Origin: an uncultured Candidatus Saccharibacteria bacterium
GTDB lineage: Bacteria; Patescibacteriota; Minisyncoccia; Phycocordibacterales; JAKAEA01
Assembly: GCA_964577595.1 (NCBI GenBank)
Contig: CAZNZK010000002.1
Coordinates: 150,163-214,162, forward strand
DNA length: 64,000 nt
Reading direction: 5' to 3'
Below the pieces are notes generated by a model. That model saw only the letters and a list, made by a program, of their open reading frames with translations, was not told the origin of the DNA and did no database searches. How positions within the stretch are numbered: the stretch's first letter is position 1; the number at the start of each line of letters is the position of its first letter. Shown here one piece after another: positions 1 to 9,579 of this stretch. The position numbers and the translations under genes are program-made.

Positions 1-246
1 ATGACGGCATTGGAAATAAACTGGTATTTTTGATCACCGGAAGCATAACTCGCTTTAAATGTCTGCTCCAATACTCCAATTAGGAGAGTGTCAATTTTTA
101 ACCCTATTGTTTGTCGGTGGCTTTTAGCAACGTGGGGCAGAATATCTTGCCATGTTTTGTACGCCTCTTTCAACTTCTCAATAACTGGTAAAACTGTGCG
201 GGGGGGGGGTACTCTTAAGAGAATGAGCAAGATTATTGTTGATCAT
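1..246 (-). CDS. avd: Avd-like (DGR accessory variability determinant, four-helix bundle) protein; runs off the window edge; ATG246 out of frame across a C10 tract
   Basis: Manual translation of minus strand 200->1: RTVLPVIEKLKEAYKTWQDILPHVAKSHRQTIGLKIDTLLIGVLEQTFKASYASGDQKYQFISNAV, no stop, matching the bAvd pattern (K..R.T.G.KI); adjacent to a DGR RT. Not in the ORF track. Alternative in-frame TTG at 230. Confidence 0.75.
200..209. repeat. G10 homopolymer at the avd/RT 5' junction
   Basis: Ten consecutive G at 200-209. Confidence 0.95.
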
Positions 247-1230
247 GCCTTTAACGATATCATTTCACCGGAAAATTTGCTTATCGCTTGGAAAGAATTT
301 ATCAAAGGAAAGCGTGGCAAAAAAGACGTGCAAGAATTCATGCTTAATTTGGCGGAAAATCTTAATTCTCTCCATGAGGATTTAAAGAATCGCACATATT
401 CTCATGGGGCATATACGCATTTCAGGGTTATGGACCCAAAGCTGAGAGATATTCATAAAGCGACTGTGCGGGACAGGTTGTTGCACCACGCGGTGTATCG
501 GATTTTGTATCCTCATTTTGACAGAAAATTCATCGCCGATTCTTTTTCGTGTCGGAATTTTAAAGGTACACATCGAGCGATGGACAGATTTCGCGATTTC
601 TCAAGAGAAGTATCAAAAAATAACACCAAAACATGCTGGGTTCTTAAGTGTGATGTGCGGAAATTTTTCGCTTCCATAGACCAGAAAATCCTCCTTCATA
701 TTTTAAGGAAACATTTGCACGACGCAGATACTTTATGGCTTCTGGAGCAAATTATTAGCAGTTTTTATGGCACGGAAAAAGGAAAGGGTTTACCGCTTGG
801 TAATGTAACCTCACAGCTTCTGGTAAACGTCTACATGAATGAATTTGATCAGTTAGTAAAACATGAGCTTCGGCAAAAACAATACATTCGGTATGCCGAT
901 GATTTTGTGGTGATGGGACAGGAACGCGAAGTGATCGCTGATTTGGTGCAGATATTTAGAGATTTTTTATATGAAAAATTAGGATTATCCTTACATCCCA
1001 ATAAGGTTAGTATTGCAACATTGACATCCGGCGTTGATTTCTTGGGGTGGGTACATTTTTCTAGTCATCGCGTTTTACGGACAGTCACAAAAAAGAGAAT
1101 GTTGAGGGCTCTTGCGGATAAGCCTACGCCGGAATTGTTGATTTCATACCAAGCGCTTCTCAAGCACGGAAACGCTTTTAAGCTTGAGCAAGAGATAGAA
1201 AAAATTACTTTGAATCCTCCAAAAACTTAA
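223..1230 (+). CDS. Reverse transcriptase, DGR class
   Basis: DPKLRDIH, RDRLLHHA, SCR..KGTH, LKCDVRKFFASID, GLPLGNVTSQ (DGR-type SQ motif), YIRYADDF, GVDFLG; no maturase or endonuclease domain; likely start ATG223 (ORF open from 88). Confidence 0.88.
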   Translation: MSKIIVDHAFNDIISPENLLIAWKEFIKGKRGKKDVQEFMLNLAENLNSLHEDLKNRTYSHGAYTHFRVMDPKLRDIHKATVRDRLLHHAVYRILYPHFDRKFIADSFSCRNFKGTHRAMDRFRDFSREVSKNNTKTCWVLKCDVRKFFASIDQKILLHILRKHLHDADTLWLLEQIISSFYGTEKGKGLPLGNVTSQLLVNVYMNEFDQLVKHELRQKQYIRYADDFVVMGQEREVIADLVQIFRDFLYEKLGLSLHPNKVSIATLTSGVDFLGWVHFSSHRVLRTVTKKRMLRALADKPTPELLISYQALLKHGNAFKLEQEIEKITLNPPKT

Positions 1231-2311
1231 TAGTTTTCTCAATGGTGAGCATGTGGGTGAGGTAGTTTTCTATTTGGGCGGTGTCCAGGTCGGCGTGCGC
1301 GGCTTTGAGGCGGCGGGTTTCGGTTTCCACGTCCTTGGGGTCGGCGGTGAGCTTTTCTTTGAGAGCAATTTCTTCAAGAATAAGGTTAACGCGGGCGCGC
1401 TTCTCAGCCTCAGGCAACCATTCTTTTTTTAAATCTTCCTGGGATTTTTTGAGGTGTTTGAGGTAGTTTTCCAAGGAAAGGCCCATGCGCTTTATATCTT
1501 CTTCAAATTGGCCAAACATTCTATTGAGCTCGTAGTTGATGAGCGGCTGGGGGATGGGGAACTTGGTTTCAGTAACAAGGCGTTCCAGGATTTTACCGCG
1601 GCGGCGTTCTGCGAGCTTGTTTTCTTTTTCTCTGGTGAGATTTTCTTTGATTTTTGCGCGGAAGTCGGCGACATCTTTAAAGGCGCCCAAGCTTTTGACG
1701 AACTCATCGTTGATTTCCGGCTTGTGCTTGGCCACTTCTTCGGGGGAGTGGTTATGGCCCTCTGCCTTACCTTCGGCTTGCTGGTGTTGGTGAAATTGGT
1801 GATGGGCGTAATCGTCACGGACTTTTTCAATAACCTCATCAATTTCTTTATCGGTAACGGCGAGTTTTTCGTGTTCGCTGGCAGTTTGGCTGGCGGCGAC
1901 TTCCTCTTTACCGATTTTTTTGTAATTAGGTAGAGAAAATTCCGGACGCACGGCGATGACCACGGAGAAATTGAGTGGGTTGCCAGGAGCGAGCTTGGTG
2001 ATGGTAATTTTCGGGCGGGCGATGTAGCGCGGAGCTTTTTCCTGTACCACTTCCGGCACAATTTCTTGCAGGGCTAAATCGGCGGCATCTTCAAGGATGG
2101 CCTGCTCACCGAATTTTTCCACGAGGACTTTTTCAGGGATATGGCCAGAGCGGAAGCCGGCAATTTTCGCGTTTTCACCAAGGTTTTTGAGAGCTTTTTG
2201 GCGAAAAGGGGCGAGTGTTTCAGCGGCAACTTCGCCGTGGATTTCCACCTCGGAATTGGGGAGTTCTTTTTGCTCGGTTATTTTGTATGCGAGTTTTGTT
2301 TCTTTTTCCAT
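1205..2311 (-). CDS. tig: Trigger factor lacking the PPIase domain
   Basis: IAGFRSGHIP ribosome-binding motif and C-terminal SurA-like domain; 368 aa. Confidence 0.9.
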   Translation of the reverse strand: MEKETKLAYKITEQKELPNSEVEIHGEVAAETLAPFRQKALKNLGENAKIAGFRSGHIPEKVLVEKFGEQAILEDAADLALQEIVPEVVQEKAPRYIARPKITITKLAPGNPLNFSVVIAVRPEFSLPNYKKIGKEEVAASQTASEHEKLAVTDKEIDEVIEKVRDDYAHHQFHQHQQAEGKAEGHNHSPEEVAKHKPEINDEFVKSLGAFKDVADFRAKIKENLTREKENKLAERRRGKILERLVTETKFPIPQPLINYELNRMFGQFEEDIKRMGLSLENYLKHLKKSQEDLKKEWLPEAEKRARVNLILEEIALKEKLTADPKDVETETRRLKAAHADLDTAQIENYLTHMLTIEKTIKFLEDSK

Positions 2312-2313
2312 AC

Positions 2314-4311
2314 TTATTTAATGAGGAAACCAACAATAAGGAGAGCGACGATGTTGAGTACTTTGATCATCGGGTTAATGGCAGGGCCGGCAGTGTCTTT
2401 GTAGGGGTCGCCAACAGTGTCGCCGGTAACAGCGGCTTTGTGGGCGGCCGAGCCTTTGCCACCATGGAAACCTTTTTCAATATGCTTTTTAGCATTGTCC
2501 CAAGCGCCACCACCACTGGTCATGGAAATGGCAACGAAGAGGCCGGTGACAATAGAACCAACGAGTACGCCGCCGAGAGCGACAGGGCCGAGGATGAAGC
2601 CGACAAGAATAGGAACAACAACAGGGATGAGAGCAGGGATAATCATTTGCTTAATGGCGCCCAAAGTGACGATGTCTACGCATTTGGCGTAATCGGGCTT
2701 GGCGGTGCCTTCCATAATGCCTTTGATTTCACGGAACTGGCGGCGAACCTCCTCAACCACTTTGCCTGCGGCTTTGCCGACAGCTTCCATACAGAGGGCG
2801 CCGAAGTAGTAGGGCAAGAGGCCGCCGATAAAGAGGCCAACGATAACTAATGGGTCGCTCAAGCTGAAAATAATAGGGTGACCGGCTTTGGTAAATTCCT
2901 GAGTGTAGGAAGCAAAAAGCACAAGAGCGGCGAGGCCGGCAGAACCAATGGCATAGCCCTTGGTGACGGCTTTGGTGGTGTTGCCTACGGCGTCTAGTGG
3001 GTCGGTGACGTTGCGAACTTCTTCAGGAAGGCCGGCCATTTCAGCGATGCCGCCGGCGTTGTCGGTGATGGGGCCATAGGAATCAATGGCAACAATAATG
3101 CCCGCCATTGAAAGCATGCTTGTGGCAGCGATAGCGATGCCATAGAGACCGGCGAAATAGTAGGAACCCAAAATAGCGAGCACGATAGAGAGCAGCGGCA
3201 GGGCGGTGGCCTTCATTGAAATGGCCAAGCCTTGAATGACGTTGGTGCCGTGGCCGGAAACGGAGGCTTCGGCGATGGATTGCACTGGCTTATAGGCGGT
3301 AGAGGTGTAGTACTCGGTAATCATCACTAACAGAGCGGTGAGAGCGAGGCCGATAAGCGCGCACATAAAGAGAGCGGAAACGGAATAGAGCGCGTTGGTG
3401 CCCATCAACATTTTAGTGACAGGGTAGAAAGCGATAGCAGAAAGAATGCCGGAAACGGCCAGGCCTTTGTAGAGAGCGCCCATGATGTTTTCGGTTTTAC
3501 CAAGCTTCACAAACCAGGTGCCGATAATGGAGCAGAAGACTGCTACTCCGCCAAGAACGAGGGGGTAGAGAATGGCATTTGTAGATCCCTTAAAAATGAG
3601 CACGCCGAGCAAAATAGTGGCGATAGCCGTGACGACGTAGGTTTCAAAAAGGTCGGCGGCCATGCCAGCACAGTCACCAACGTTGTCGCCAACGTTGTCG
3701 GCAATAACGGCGGGGTTGCGTGGATCGTCTTCGGGAATATCGGCTTCAACTTTACCGACGAGGTCGGCGCCAACGTCAGCGGCTTTGGTGAAAATACCAC
3801 CGCCCAAGCGGGCGAAAATAGAAATAAGAGAAGCTCCGAAAGCCAAGCCGATGAGGGCTTTGGTGTCATGGGTGAGAGCGTAAAAGCCGGTGACGCCGAG
3901 GAGGGCGAGGCCAACAACCAAGAGGCCCGTAACAGAACCGCCCTGGAAAGCAACAGAGAGAGCTTCACGAATACCTGTTTTTGCCGCTTCAGTAGTGCGA
4001 ACGTTGGCGCGAACGGAAACGTTCATGCCGACGTAGCCGGCGAGAGCGGAAAAGAGGGCGCCAATAAGGAATCCAAAAGCCTCCGTCCAGCCGAATGTAA
4101 AGCCAATGATAAGAATGAGAACAGCGGCAATAACACCGATAGTTTTATATTGACGATTGAGGTAAGCCGAGGCGCCTTTCTGAATAGCGCTGGAAATTTC
4201 CTGCATTTTTTCACTGCCAGCGGGCTTGCTCAGCACATTTTTTGCCAATAAAAGACCGTATAAAATTGCCACCACTGCACTCACGAGGGCAAACAGGATA
4301 TAGGTATTCAT
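2314..4311 (-). CDS. hppA: Membrane H+-translocating pyrophosphatase, K+-independent type
   Basis: [52 protein letters not shown]. Confidence 0.95.
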   Translation of the reverse strand: MNTYILFALVSAVVAILYGLLLAKNVLSKPAGSEKMQEISSAIQKGASAYLNRQYKTIGVIAAVLILIIGFTFGWTEAFGFLIGALFSALAGYVGMNVSVRANVRTTEAAKTGIREALSVAFQGGSVTGLLVVGLALLGVTGFYALTHDTKALIGLAFGASLISIFARLGGGIFTKAADVGADLVGKVEADIPEDDPRNPAVIADNVGDNVGDCAGMAADLFETYVVTAIATILLGVLIFKGSTNAILYPLVLGGVAVFCSIIGTWFVKLGKTENIMGALYKGLAVSGILSAIAFYPVTKMLMGTNALYSVSALFMCALIGLALTALLVMITEYYTSTAYKPVQSIAEASVSGHGTNVIQGLAISMKATALPLLSIVLAILGSYYFAGLYGIAIAATSMLSMAGIIVAIDSYGPITDNAGGIAEMAGLPEEVRNVTDPLDAVGNTTKAVTKGYAIGSAGLAALVLFASYTQEFTKAGHPIIFSLSDPLVIVGLFIGGLLPYYFGALCMEAVGKAAGKVVEEVRRQFREIKGIMEGTAKPDYAKCVDIVTLGAIKQMIIPALIPVVVPILVGFILGPVALGGVLVGSIVTGLFVAISMTSGGGAWDNAKKHIEKGFHGGKGSAAHKAAVTGDTVGDPYKDTAGPAINPMIKVLNIVALLIVGFLIK

Positions 4312-4323
4312 GTTGTTACGCTT

Positions 4324-5487
4324 TTATTTAGTAATAACCGCTTCTTCTGTTCCCGACTCTGCCACTGTCTCACCTTTTACTGACTGAATGTCTATACGCC
4401 AGCCTGTGAGGCGGGCGGCAAGGCGAACGTTTTGGCCGCCCTTACCGATAGCTAATGATTGCTGGTCTTCAGCGACTGAAACTACCGCTGTTTTGTTGGC
4501 TTCGTCAATAGTGACACTAAGGACGCGAGCGGGGGAAAGAGCCTCCTCAACGAAGCGCTTTTGATCTTCCGACCACTCAATAATATCTATTTTTTCACCA
4601 CCAAGCTCGCTGGTGACAGTGGAAACACGCACGCCGCGCTGGCCAACGAGGGAACCAACGGGGTCAACGTGACCATCGCTGGAAAGAACGGCGATTTTAG
4701 AGCGGGAACCGGCTTCGCGGGCCACGCTTTTCACTTCAATAACGCCGCTGGCGATTTCCGGCACTTCAATTTCAAAAAGCTTGATCAAGAATTTAGGATG
4801 TGAACGGGAAAGCCGCAAGAAGATACCACGCGGAGTTTCCTCAACACGGTAAAGATAAGCGCGAATGCGCTCGCCTTGACGATAGCGCTCGCCGGGGATT
4901 TGCTCTTCGTAGGGGAGGATACCGCTAGCGCGGCCCATATCCACGAAAATATTACCACGCTCAATGCGCTGAACAGTTCCCGAGACAATTTCACCTTCGC
5001 GTTCGCCGAATTCACCTAAAACGGACACTTTTTCGGCCTCGCGGATTTTTTGGATGATGACCTGCTTGGCGGTTTGAGAGGCAATGCGGCCAAAATCATC
5101 CTTCATTTCTAACGGAAAGACGATTTCGTCGCCGATTTTAGCATCACGCTTGATTTTCTGAGCGTCGTCCAAAAGCATGTGGCGTTCGGGGTTGAAAAGG
5201 ACCTTTTCCGGCTCATCATCGCTGGTTTCGGGGATTTCTGGCAGGGTGCCATCCTCATTGGGGGTGATAATTTGAGAGGGATCAACAACGACTTTTACTT
5301 GGAAAAACTCGCTTTTGCCGCCGGCAATGTCAAAAGTAGCCCTAATTATCTGGTGTTTTTTGCCATACTCTTTTTTATAGGCACTGGCCAAAGCGGCTTC
5401 AATGGCCTCAATGATTTTCTCGCGGGGAATGCCGCGTTCTTCCTCAAGCTCGCCGAGGACGGAATTGATGGTTTTAAGGTCAAACAT
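4324..5487 (-). CDS. nusA: Transcription factor NusA
   Basis: FGRIASQTAKQV, S1 and KH domains, AIGKGGQNVRLA. Confidence 0.97.
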   Translation of the reverse strand: MFDLKTINSVLGELEEERGIPREKIIEAIEAALASAYKKEYGKKHQIIRATFDIAGGKSEFFQVKVVVDPSQIITPNEDGTLPEIPETSDDEPEKVLFNPERHMLLDDAQKIKRDAKIGDEIVFPLEMKDDFGRIASQTAKQVIIQKIREAEKVSVLGEFGEREGEIVSGTVQRIERGNIFVDMGRASGILPYEEQIPGERYRQGERIRAYLYRVEETPRGIFLRLSRSHPKFLIKLFEIEVPEIASGVIEVKSVAREAGSRSKIAVLSSDGHVDPVGSLVGQRGVRVSTVTSELGGEKIDIIEWSEDQKRFVEEALSPARVLSVTIDEANKTAVVSVAEDQQSLAIGKGGQNVRLAARLTGWRIDIQSVKGETVAESGTEEAVITK

Positions 5488-5511
5488 AGTGGTTATTTTT
5501 AAAAAAATCTT

Positions 5512-5539
5512 AAAAAAATGGTTCGCCTCGCCGGCGAAC
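5512..5539 (-). terminator. Terminator-like hairpin in the nusA leader (candidate attenuator)
   Basis: Minus strand GTTCGCC-ggcga-GGCGAAC followed by caT7, between promoter and nusA start. Confidence 0.6.
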
Positions 5540-5551
5540 TCAGATGACGAC

Positions 5552-5580
5552 AGTATATATAGTCAGTTGTCCGTTGTCAA
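5552..5580 (-). promoter_or_regulatory. sigma70 promoter of nusA
   Basis: TTGACA-17bp-TATACT on minus strand. Confidence 0.8.
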
Positions 5581-5603
5581 CATGGGCACAACGGCCGTAT
5601 AAT
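5574..5603 (+). promoter_or_regulatory. sigma70 promoter of the pilus operon, overlapping the nusA -35
   Basis: TTGTCA-18bp-TATAAT. Confidence 0.6.
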
Positions 5604-5630
5604 TAGCCAAATTGTTCCACATTACTCTCT

Positions 5631-7385
5631 ATGAGAACTGAAGAAACACAATTAGCTAATTTCGTCGTTGACTCAGGTTTCCTTTCGCGCGCCGACGTGG
5701 ATGTGGCTATGGAAAAGGCGGCAAAAGAACACGCCGCACTCGCTTCCATTTTGGTAACGAGTGGCAAAATCAGCGACGACGAGGTGCGCAAGGCCCAAGC
5801 GCACATCCTTGGTATTCCTTTTGTTGATTTAAAAAATAAGAAATTGGAAATGAGCGTGCTCTCGCTGGTGCCGGAGCCTATCGCCCGCAACCACAACATT
5901 GTGGCTTTCAAGAAAGAGGGTGACGCTTTGGAGGTGGCGATGTTGGACACTGAAGATCTTTCGGCTATTGATTTCATAAAAAAGAAAACAGGTTTGCGTA
6001 TTTTGTCTCGGCTCACCGATAATGAATCAATTAAAGCCGCTCTCGTTCAGTATCAAAAAAGTCTCAAAGCTGAATTCGGCGACATTATCCAAAAAGAAAT
6101 CGGTTCCATTAAAACGCTTGCTGAGCAGGTGAGTGGCGATGCAAGTTCTGAAGCTGATTTGAAAAAACTGGCTGAAGATTTGCCGGTGGTGCGCATCGTT
6201 GACACTCTTTTGAAGCACGCCATCATTCAGGATGCATCCGATATTCATATTGAGCCGATGGAGGAGCAGGTACTGGTGCGCTACCGCATTGACGGTATTT
6301 TGCATGATGCTATGGTTCTGCCTAAAAACGCCGGCCCCTCAATCACGGCTAGAATTAAGGTTCTTTCTAACCTTAAGCTGGACGAAAAGCGCTTGCCGCA
6401 AGACGGTCGTTTCAAGGTGGAAATGAATGGCGAAAAAGTCTCATTTCGTGTTTCCATGTTGCCGACCTATTACGGTGAAAAAACCGTTATGCGTTTGTTG
6501 CGCGAGAACGTTAAGGGTTTCACTTTGGAAGTACTCGGTTTCCATGGCCGCAATTCTGAAATGATTCACGATGCTACCCGCCTCACCACGGGTATGATTC
6601 TTACCACCGGCCCAACAGGCTCCGGTAAAACCACAACCCTTTACACCGTGCTTGATATTTTAAATACGCCCGACGTCAACATTTCCACAATTGAAGACCC
6701 TATTGAATATCAAATGGCCAGAATAAATCAAACACAAGTTAAGCCGGAAATCGGTTTTGCTTTTGCCAACGGCCTGCGCTCTTTGGTGCGTCAGGATCCG
6801 GACATTATTATGGTCGGTGAAATTCGCGATAACGAAACGGCGTCGCTGGCCGTGAACGCGGCCCTCACTGGTCACCTGGTGCTTTCTACCTTGCACACCA
6901 ATTCCGCCGCCGGCGCTATTCCGCGTTTGGTGGACATGAAAGTTGAACCGTTTCTCATTGTGTCCACGGTCAATATTGTTATCGGTCAGCGCCTTATTCG
7001 CCGCCTCACCAGCGAAAAAGAAAAGTATTTTTTGACTGACGCGGAAATCACTCAGTTGGAAAAAGTCATTGATTTGAGCCGGGTTCTCGGCGTACTTCAG
7101 GAAGAAAAAATTATCGGCAAAGAAACCGATTGGAAAAAAATCCCGTTCTATAAACCGAAGGCTTCAGCGGAAGCACCCGACGGTTTCAAGGGTCGTATCG
7201 GCATCCACGAGGTGTTGAAAGTCACGCCAACAATCCGCGACTTGGTGATGCGTGAAAGTAATTCCTCACAAATTGAGGCGCAGGCAAAAAAAGAGGGTAT
7301 GATTACCATGATTGAAGATGGTATTTTCAAGGCGGCTTCGGGTTTAACAACCATTGAAGAAGTGTTACGCGTCATCTCAGAATAA
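5631..7385 (+). CDS. pilB: Type IV pilus assembly ATPase PilB/GspE
   Basis: ASDIHIEP, RLPQDGR, Walker A GPTGSGKTT, RQDPDIIMVGEIRD, TGHLVLSTLHTN. Confidence 0.95.
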   Translation: MRTEETQLANFVVDSGFLSRADVDVAMEKAAKEHAALASILVTSGKISDDEVRKAQAHILGIPFVDLKNKKLEMSVLSLVPEPIARNHNIVAFKKEGDALEVAMLDTEDLSAIDFIKKKTGLRILSRLTDNESIKAALVQYQKSLKAEFGDIIQKEIGSIKTLAEQVSGDASSEADLKKLAEDLPVVRIVDTLLKHAIIQDASDIHIEPMEEQVLVRYRIDGILHDAMVLPKNAGPSITARIKVLSNLKLDEKRLPQDGRFKVEMNGEKVSFRVSMLPTYYGEKTVMRLLRENVKGFTLEVLGFHGRNSEMIHDATRLTTGMILTTGPTGSGKTTTLYTVLDILNTPDVNISTIEDPIEYQMARINQTQVKPEIGFAFANGLRSLVRQDPDIIMVGEIRDNETASLAVNAALTGHLVLSTLHTNSAAGAIPRLVDMKVEPFLIVSTVNIVIGQRLIRRLTSEKEKYFLTDAEITQLEKVIDLSRVLGVLQEEKIIGKETDWKKIPFYKPKASAEAPDGFKGRIGIHEVLKVTPTIRDLVMRESNSSQIEAQAKKEGMITMIEDGIFKAASGLTTIEEVLRVISE

Positions 7386-7386
7386 T

Positions 7387-8610
7387 ATGAGCACATTCCA
7401 AATACGCACCGTTGATAAGGAAGGCACTAGTCATGAGGAAGTCGCCGAAGTCAGCGACCGCGCCACTTTTTACGCCGAATTAAAATCCAAAGGCTCAACG
7501 CTCATTTCCATGACGGAAGTCGCGGCCAAAAAGAAGGGATCAGTTTTTTCTTTTGAAATTCCTTTTTTAAGCGGCGTCAAATTACAAGATAAAATAATTT
7601 TTACTCGCAACCTCGCTTCAATGCTTGATGCTGGCTTGGCGCTTTCTCGTGCCCTTACGGTTATTGAGAAACAAACAGGCGGCAAAAAATTCAAGGGAAT
7701 CGTTGCCGGTTTAAATGCCAGCATCAGAAGTGGCAAGACCCTTAGTGAGTCAATGAAGGACTGTGGCGACGTGTTTCCTCCTCTCGTTGGCTCCATGGTG
7801 CGTGCCGGCGAAGAATCGGGCTCGCTCTCGCAATCCTTGCGTATTGTTTCCACCCAGATGGAGAATTCGTATGCTCTTGGTCGTAAAATCCGCGGGGCGC
7901 TCATGTATCCAGCGGTTATCACTCTGGCCATGATCGGTATTGGTTTTTTTATGTTGACCAATGTGGTGCCGACCTTGGCTTCAACGTTTCAGAGTTTTAA
8001 TGCCCAGTTGCCACTGCAAACCGTGGTCATTATTGACCTCAGTAATTTTCTGCAAGCATACTTCGTGCTGGTGATTATAGCCATCGTTGCGGTAGTTGCC
8101 GGTGTATATGTTTTTAGTCGGACTCCCACGGGCAAGCGTTGGAACAGTTTTTTATTTTTACACACGCCCGTTATCGGGCCAATCATGCAGGAAATGAATT
8201 CAGCCCGCACGGCTCGCACCCTGGCCTCGCTCCTTTCCGCTGGCGTTGATTTTTTGGTGGCAGTGCGTATTACTGCCGATGTTCTGCAAAATCCCTTTTA
8301 TAAAGACGTCATTCTGATGGTAGAAAAAAGGGTTGAAAAAGGTGAGCCGATCGCCGAAATATTCAACCAGCGCCTCAACCTCTATCCGCCGTTTGTGGGT
8401 GAAATGATAGCGGTGGGGGAGGAAACCGGCCAATTGCCGCAAATGCTCCTTGGTGTGGCCACGTTTTACGAAACCGACATTGATCAGAAGACTAAAGATC
8501 TTTCGTCTATTATAGAGCCAGTCCTCATGATTGTTATTGGCGCGGCTGTCGGCTTTTTTGCCATCTCTATCATCAGCCCAATTTATTCCCTTAGTAGTGT
8601 CATTTCGTAA
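7387..8610 (+). CDS. pilC: Type IV pilus platform protein PilC/GspF
   Basis: GEESG, ALMYPA, GEETGQL, IEPV; two T2SSF domains. Confidence 0.93.
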   Translation: MSTFQIRTVDKEGTSHEEVAEVSDRATFYAELKSKGSTLISMTEVAAKKKGSVFSFEIPFLSGVKLQDKIIFTRNLASMLDAGLALSRALTVIEKQTGGKKFKGIVAGLNASIRSGKTLSESMKDCGDVFPPLVGSMVRAGEESGSLSQSLRIVSTQMENSYALGRKIRGALMYPAVITLAMIGIGFFMLTNVVPTLASTFQSFNAQLPLQTVVIIDLSNFLQAYFVLVIIAIVAVVAGVYVFSRTPTGKRWNSFLFLHTPVIGPIMQEMNSARTARTLASLLSAGVDFLVAVRITADVLQNPFYKDVILMVEKRVEKGEPIAEIFNQRLNLYPPFVGEMIAVGEETGQLPQMLLGVATFYETDIDQKTKDLSSIIEPVLMIVIGAAVGFFAISIISPIYSLSSVIS

Positions 8611-8611
8611 T

Positions 8612-9076
8612 ATGAGAATACGCGGCGGCTTCACGATCGTTGAACTGTTGATAGTTATTGGTATCCTAGTTATTATCTGTGGCATTGTCGTTAGCGCTTT
8701 TACGAAATTTAATCGTGTTGAAAGTGTTAATAAGGATACCGAAACGGTGCTGGAAACTCTGCGGTTGGCCCGCAACCAAACGCTCGCCGCTAAAAATGAC
8801 ACACAATATGGGGTGCGGTTTGCCTCCTCAAGCGTCATCCTTTTTAGCGGCGCGAGCTATGTGCCTGGCGCGGCGAGTAATCAAACCTATTTTCTTCATG
8901 CTGGCGACACGGTGCTTTCCCTGCAGTTTGTGGGTGCCACGAGCAGTATCTTGTTCCAGCGGCTTACGGGCGCTGCCGCCAGCTATGGCACAGCCACTAT
9001 TTCTTCCAAAACCACGTCGTCATCCGACAGTGTTATAATTTCCAGCACTGGTCGCATCGCTGGTCCGACGCTATGA
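8612..9076 (+). CDS. Minor pilin (FimT/GspH-like)
   Basis: Class III signal RGG|FTIVELLIVI. Confidence 0.85.
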   Translation: MRIRGGFTIVELLIVIGILVIICGIVVSAFTKFNRVESVNKDTETVLETLRLARNQTLAAKNDTQYGVRFASSSVILFSGASYVPGAASNQTYFLHAGDTVLSLQFVGATSSILFQRLTGAAASYGTATISSKTTSSSDSVIISSTGRIAGPTL

Positions 9077-9576
9077 AAAAAAATCTTTTTAAAAAAAATA
9101 CTCGCGGTATCGGTTCCTTGGAAATTCTTATTGGCGCGACTATTATTGTCACCGGCATTTTGGCGCTCATCATCGTTTTTAATAGCTTTTTCTCCTTTGC
9201 TCTAGCTAATGATGCAAATGTGCGGGCGGCCTATTTGGGCGAAGAAGGGTTAGAGGCAATGTTTTTTCTGCGCGATGGTAGCTGGAGTACCAATATCGCT
9301 TCGCTTTCCACCACCTCTGCTTATTATTTGGCCTGGAATAGCGGCGCATCTACATGGCAAACAAGCACGGCATCACCCGCATATATAGACAATCTCTTTT
9401 TACGTAAAATCACATTGGCAAATGTTAAGCGCGACGGTACTGGTAAAATCGTTACATCTGGCGGCACGCTTGATTCCAATACTCGTCTTGTGACGGCTAC
9501 GATTCAGTATTTTCAGGGCCATGCCACCACCACGCAAACTATGGCTACCTACCTAACTAATTTTTATGGCAATTAG
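9073..9576 (+). CDS. Minor pilin (PilV-like)
   Basis: RG|IGSLEILIG; AAYLGEEGLE. Confidence 0.8.
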   Translation: MKKNLFKKNTRGIGSLEILIGATIIVTGILALIIVFNSFFSFALANDANVRAAYLGEEGLEAMFFLRDGSWSTNIASLSTTSAYYLAWNSGASTWQTSTASPAYIDNLFLRKITLANVKRDGTGKIVTSGGTLDSNTRLVTATIQYFQGHATTTQTMATYLTNFYGN

Positions 9577-9579
9577 CCA

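Noticed and set aside
88-222. N-terminal 45 aa of the RT ORF as given in the track
   Set aside because: It is antisense to the avd-like gene, and RT-like sequence begins near ATG223; a GTG196 start cannot be fully excluded
223-1230. Group II intron or retron
   Set aside because: No maturase/endonuclease domain, no domain V/VI after the ORF (it runs into tig), no retron VTG motif; the SQ motif and adjacent avd indicate a DGR
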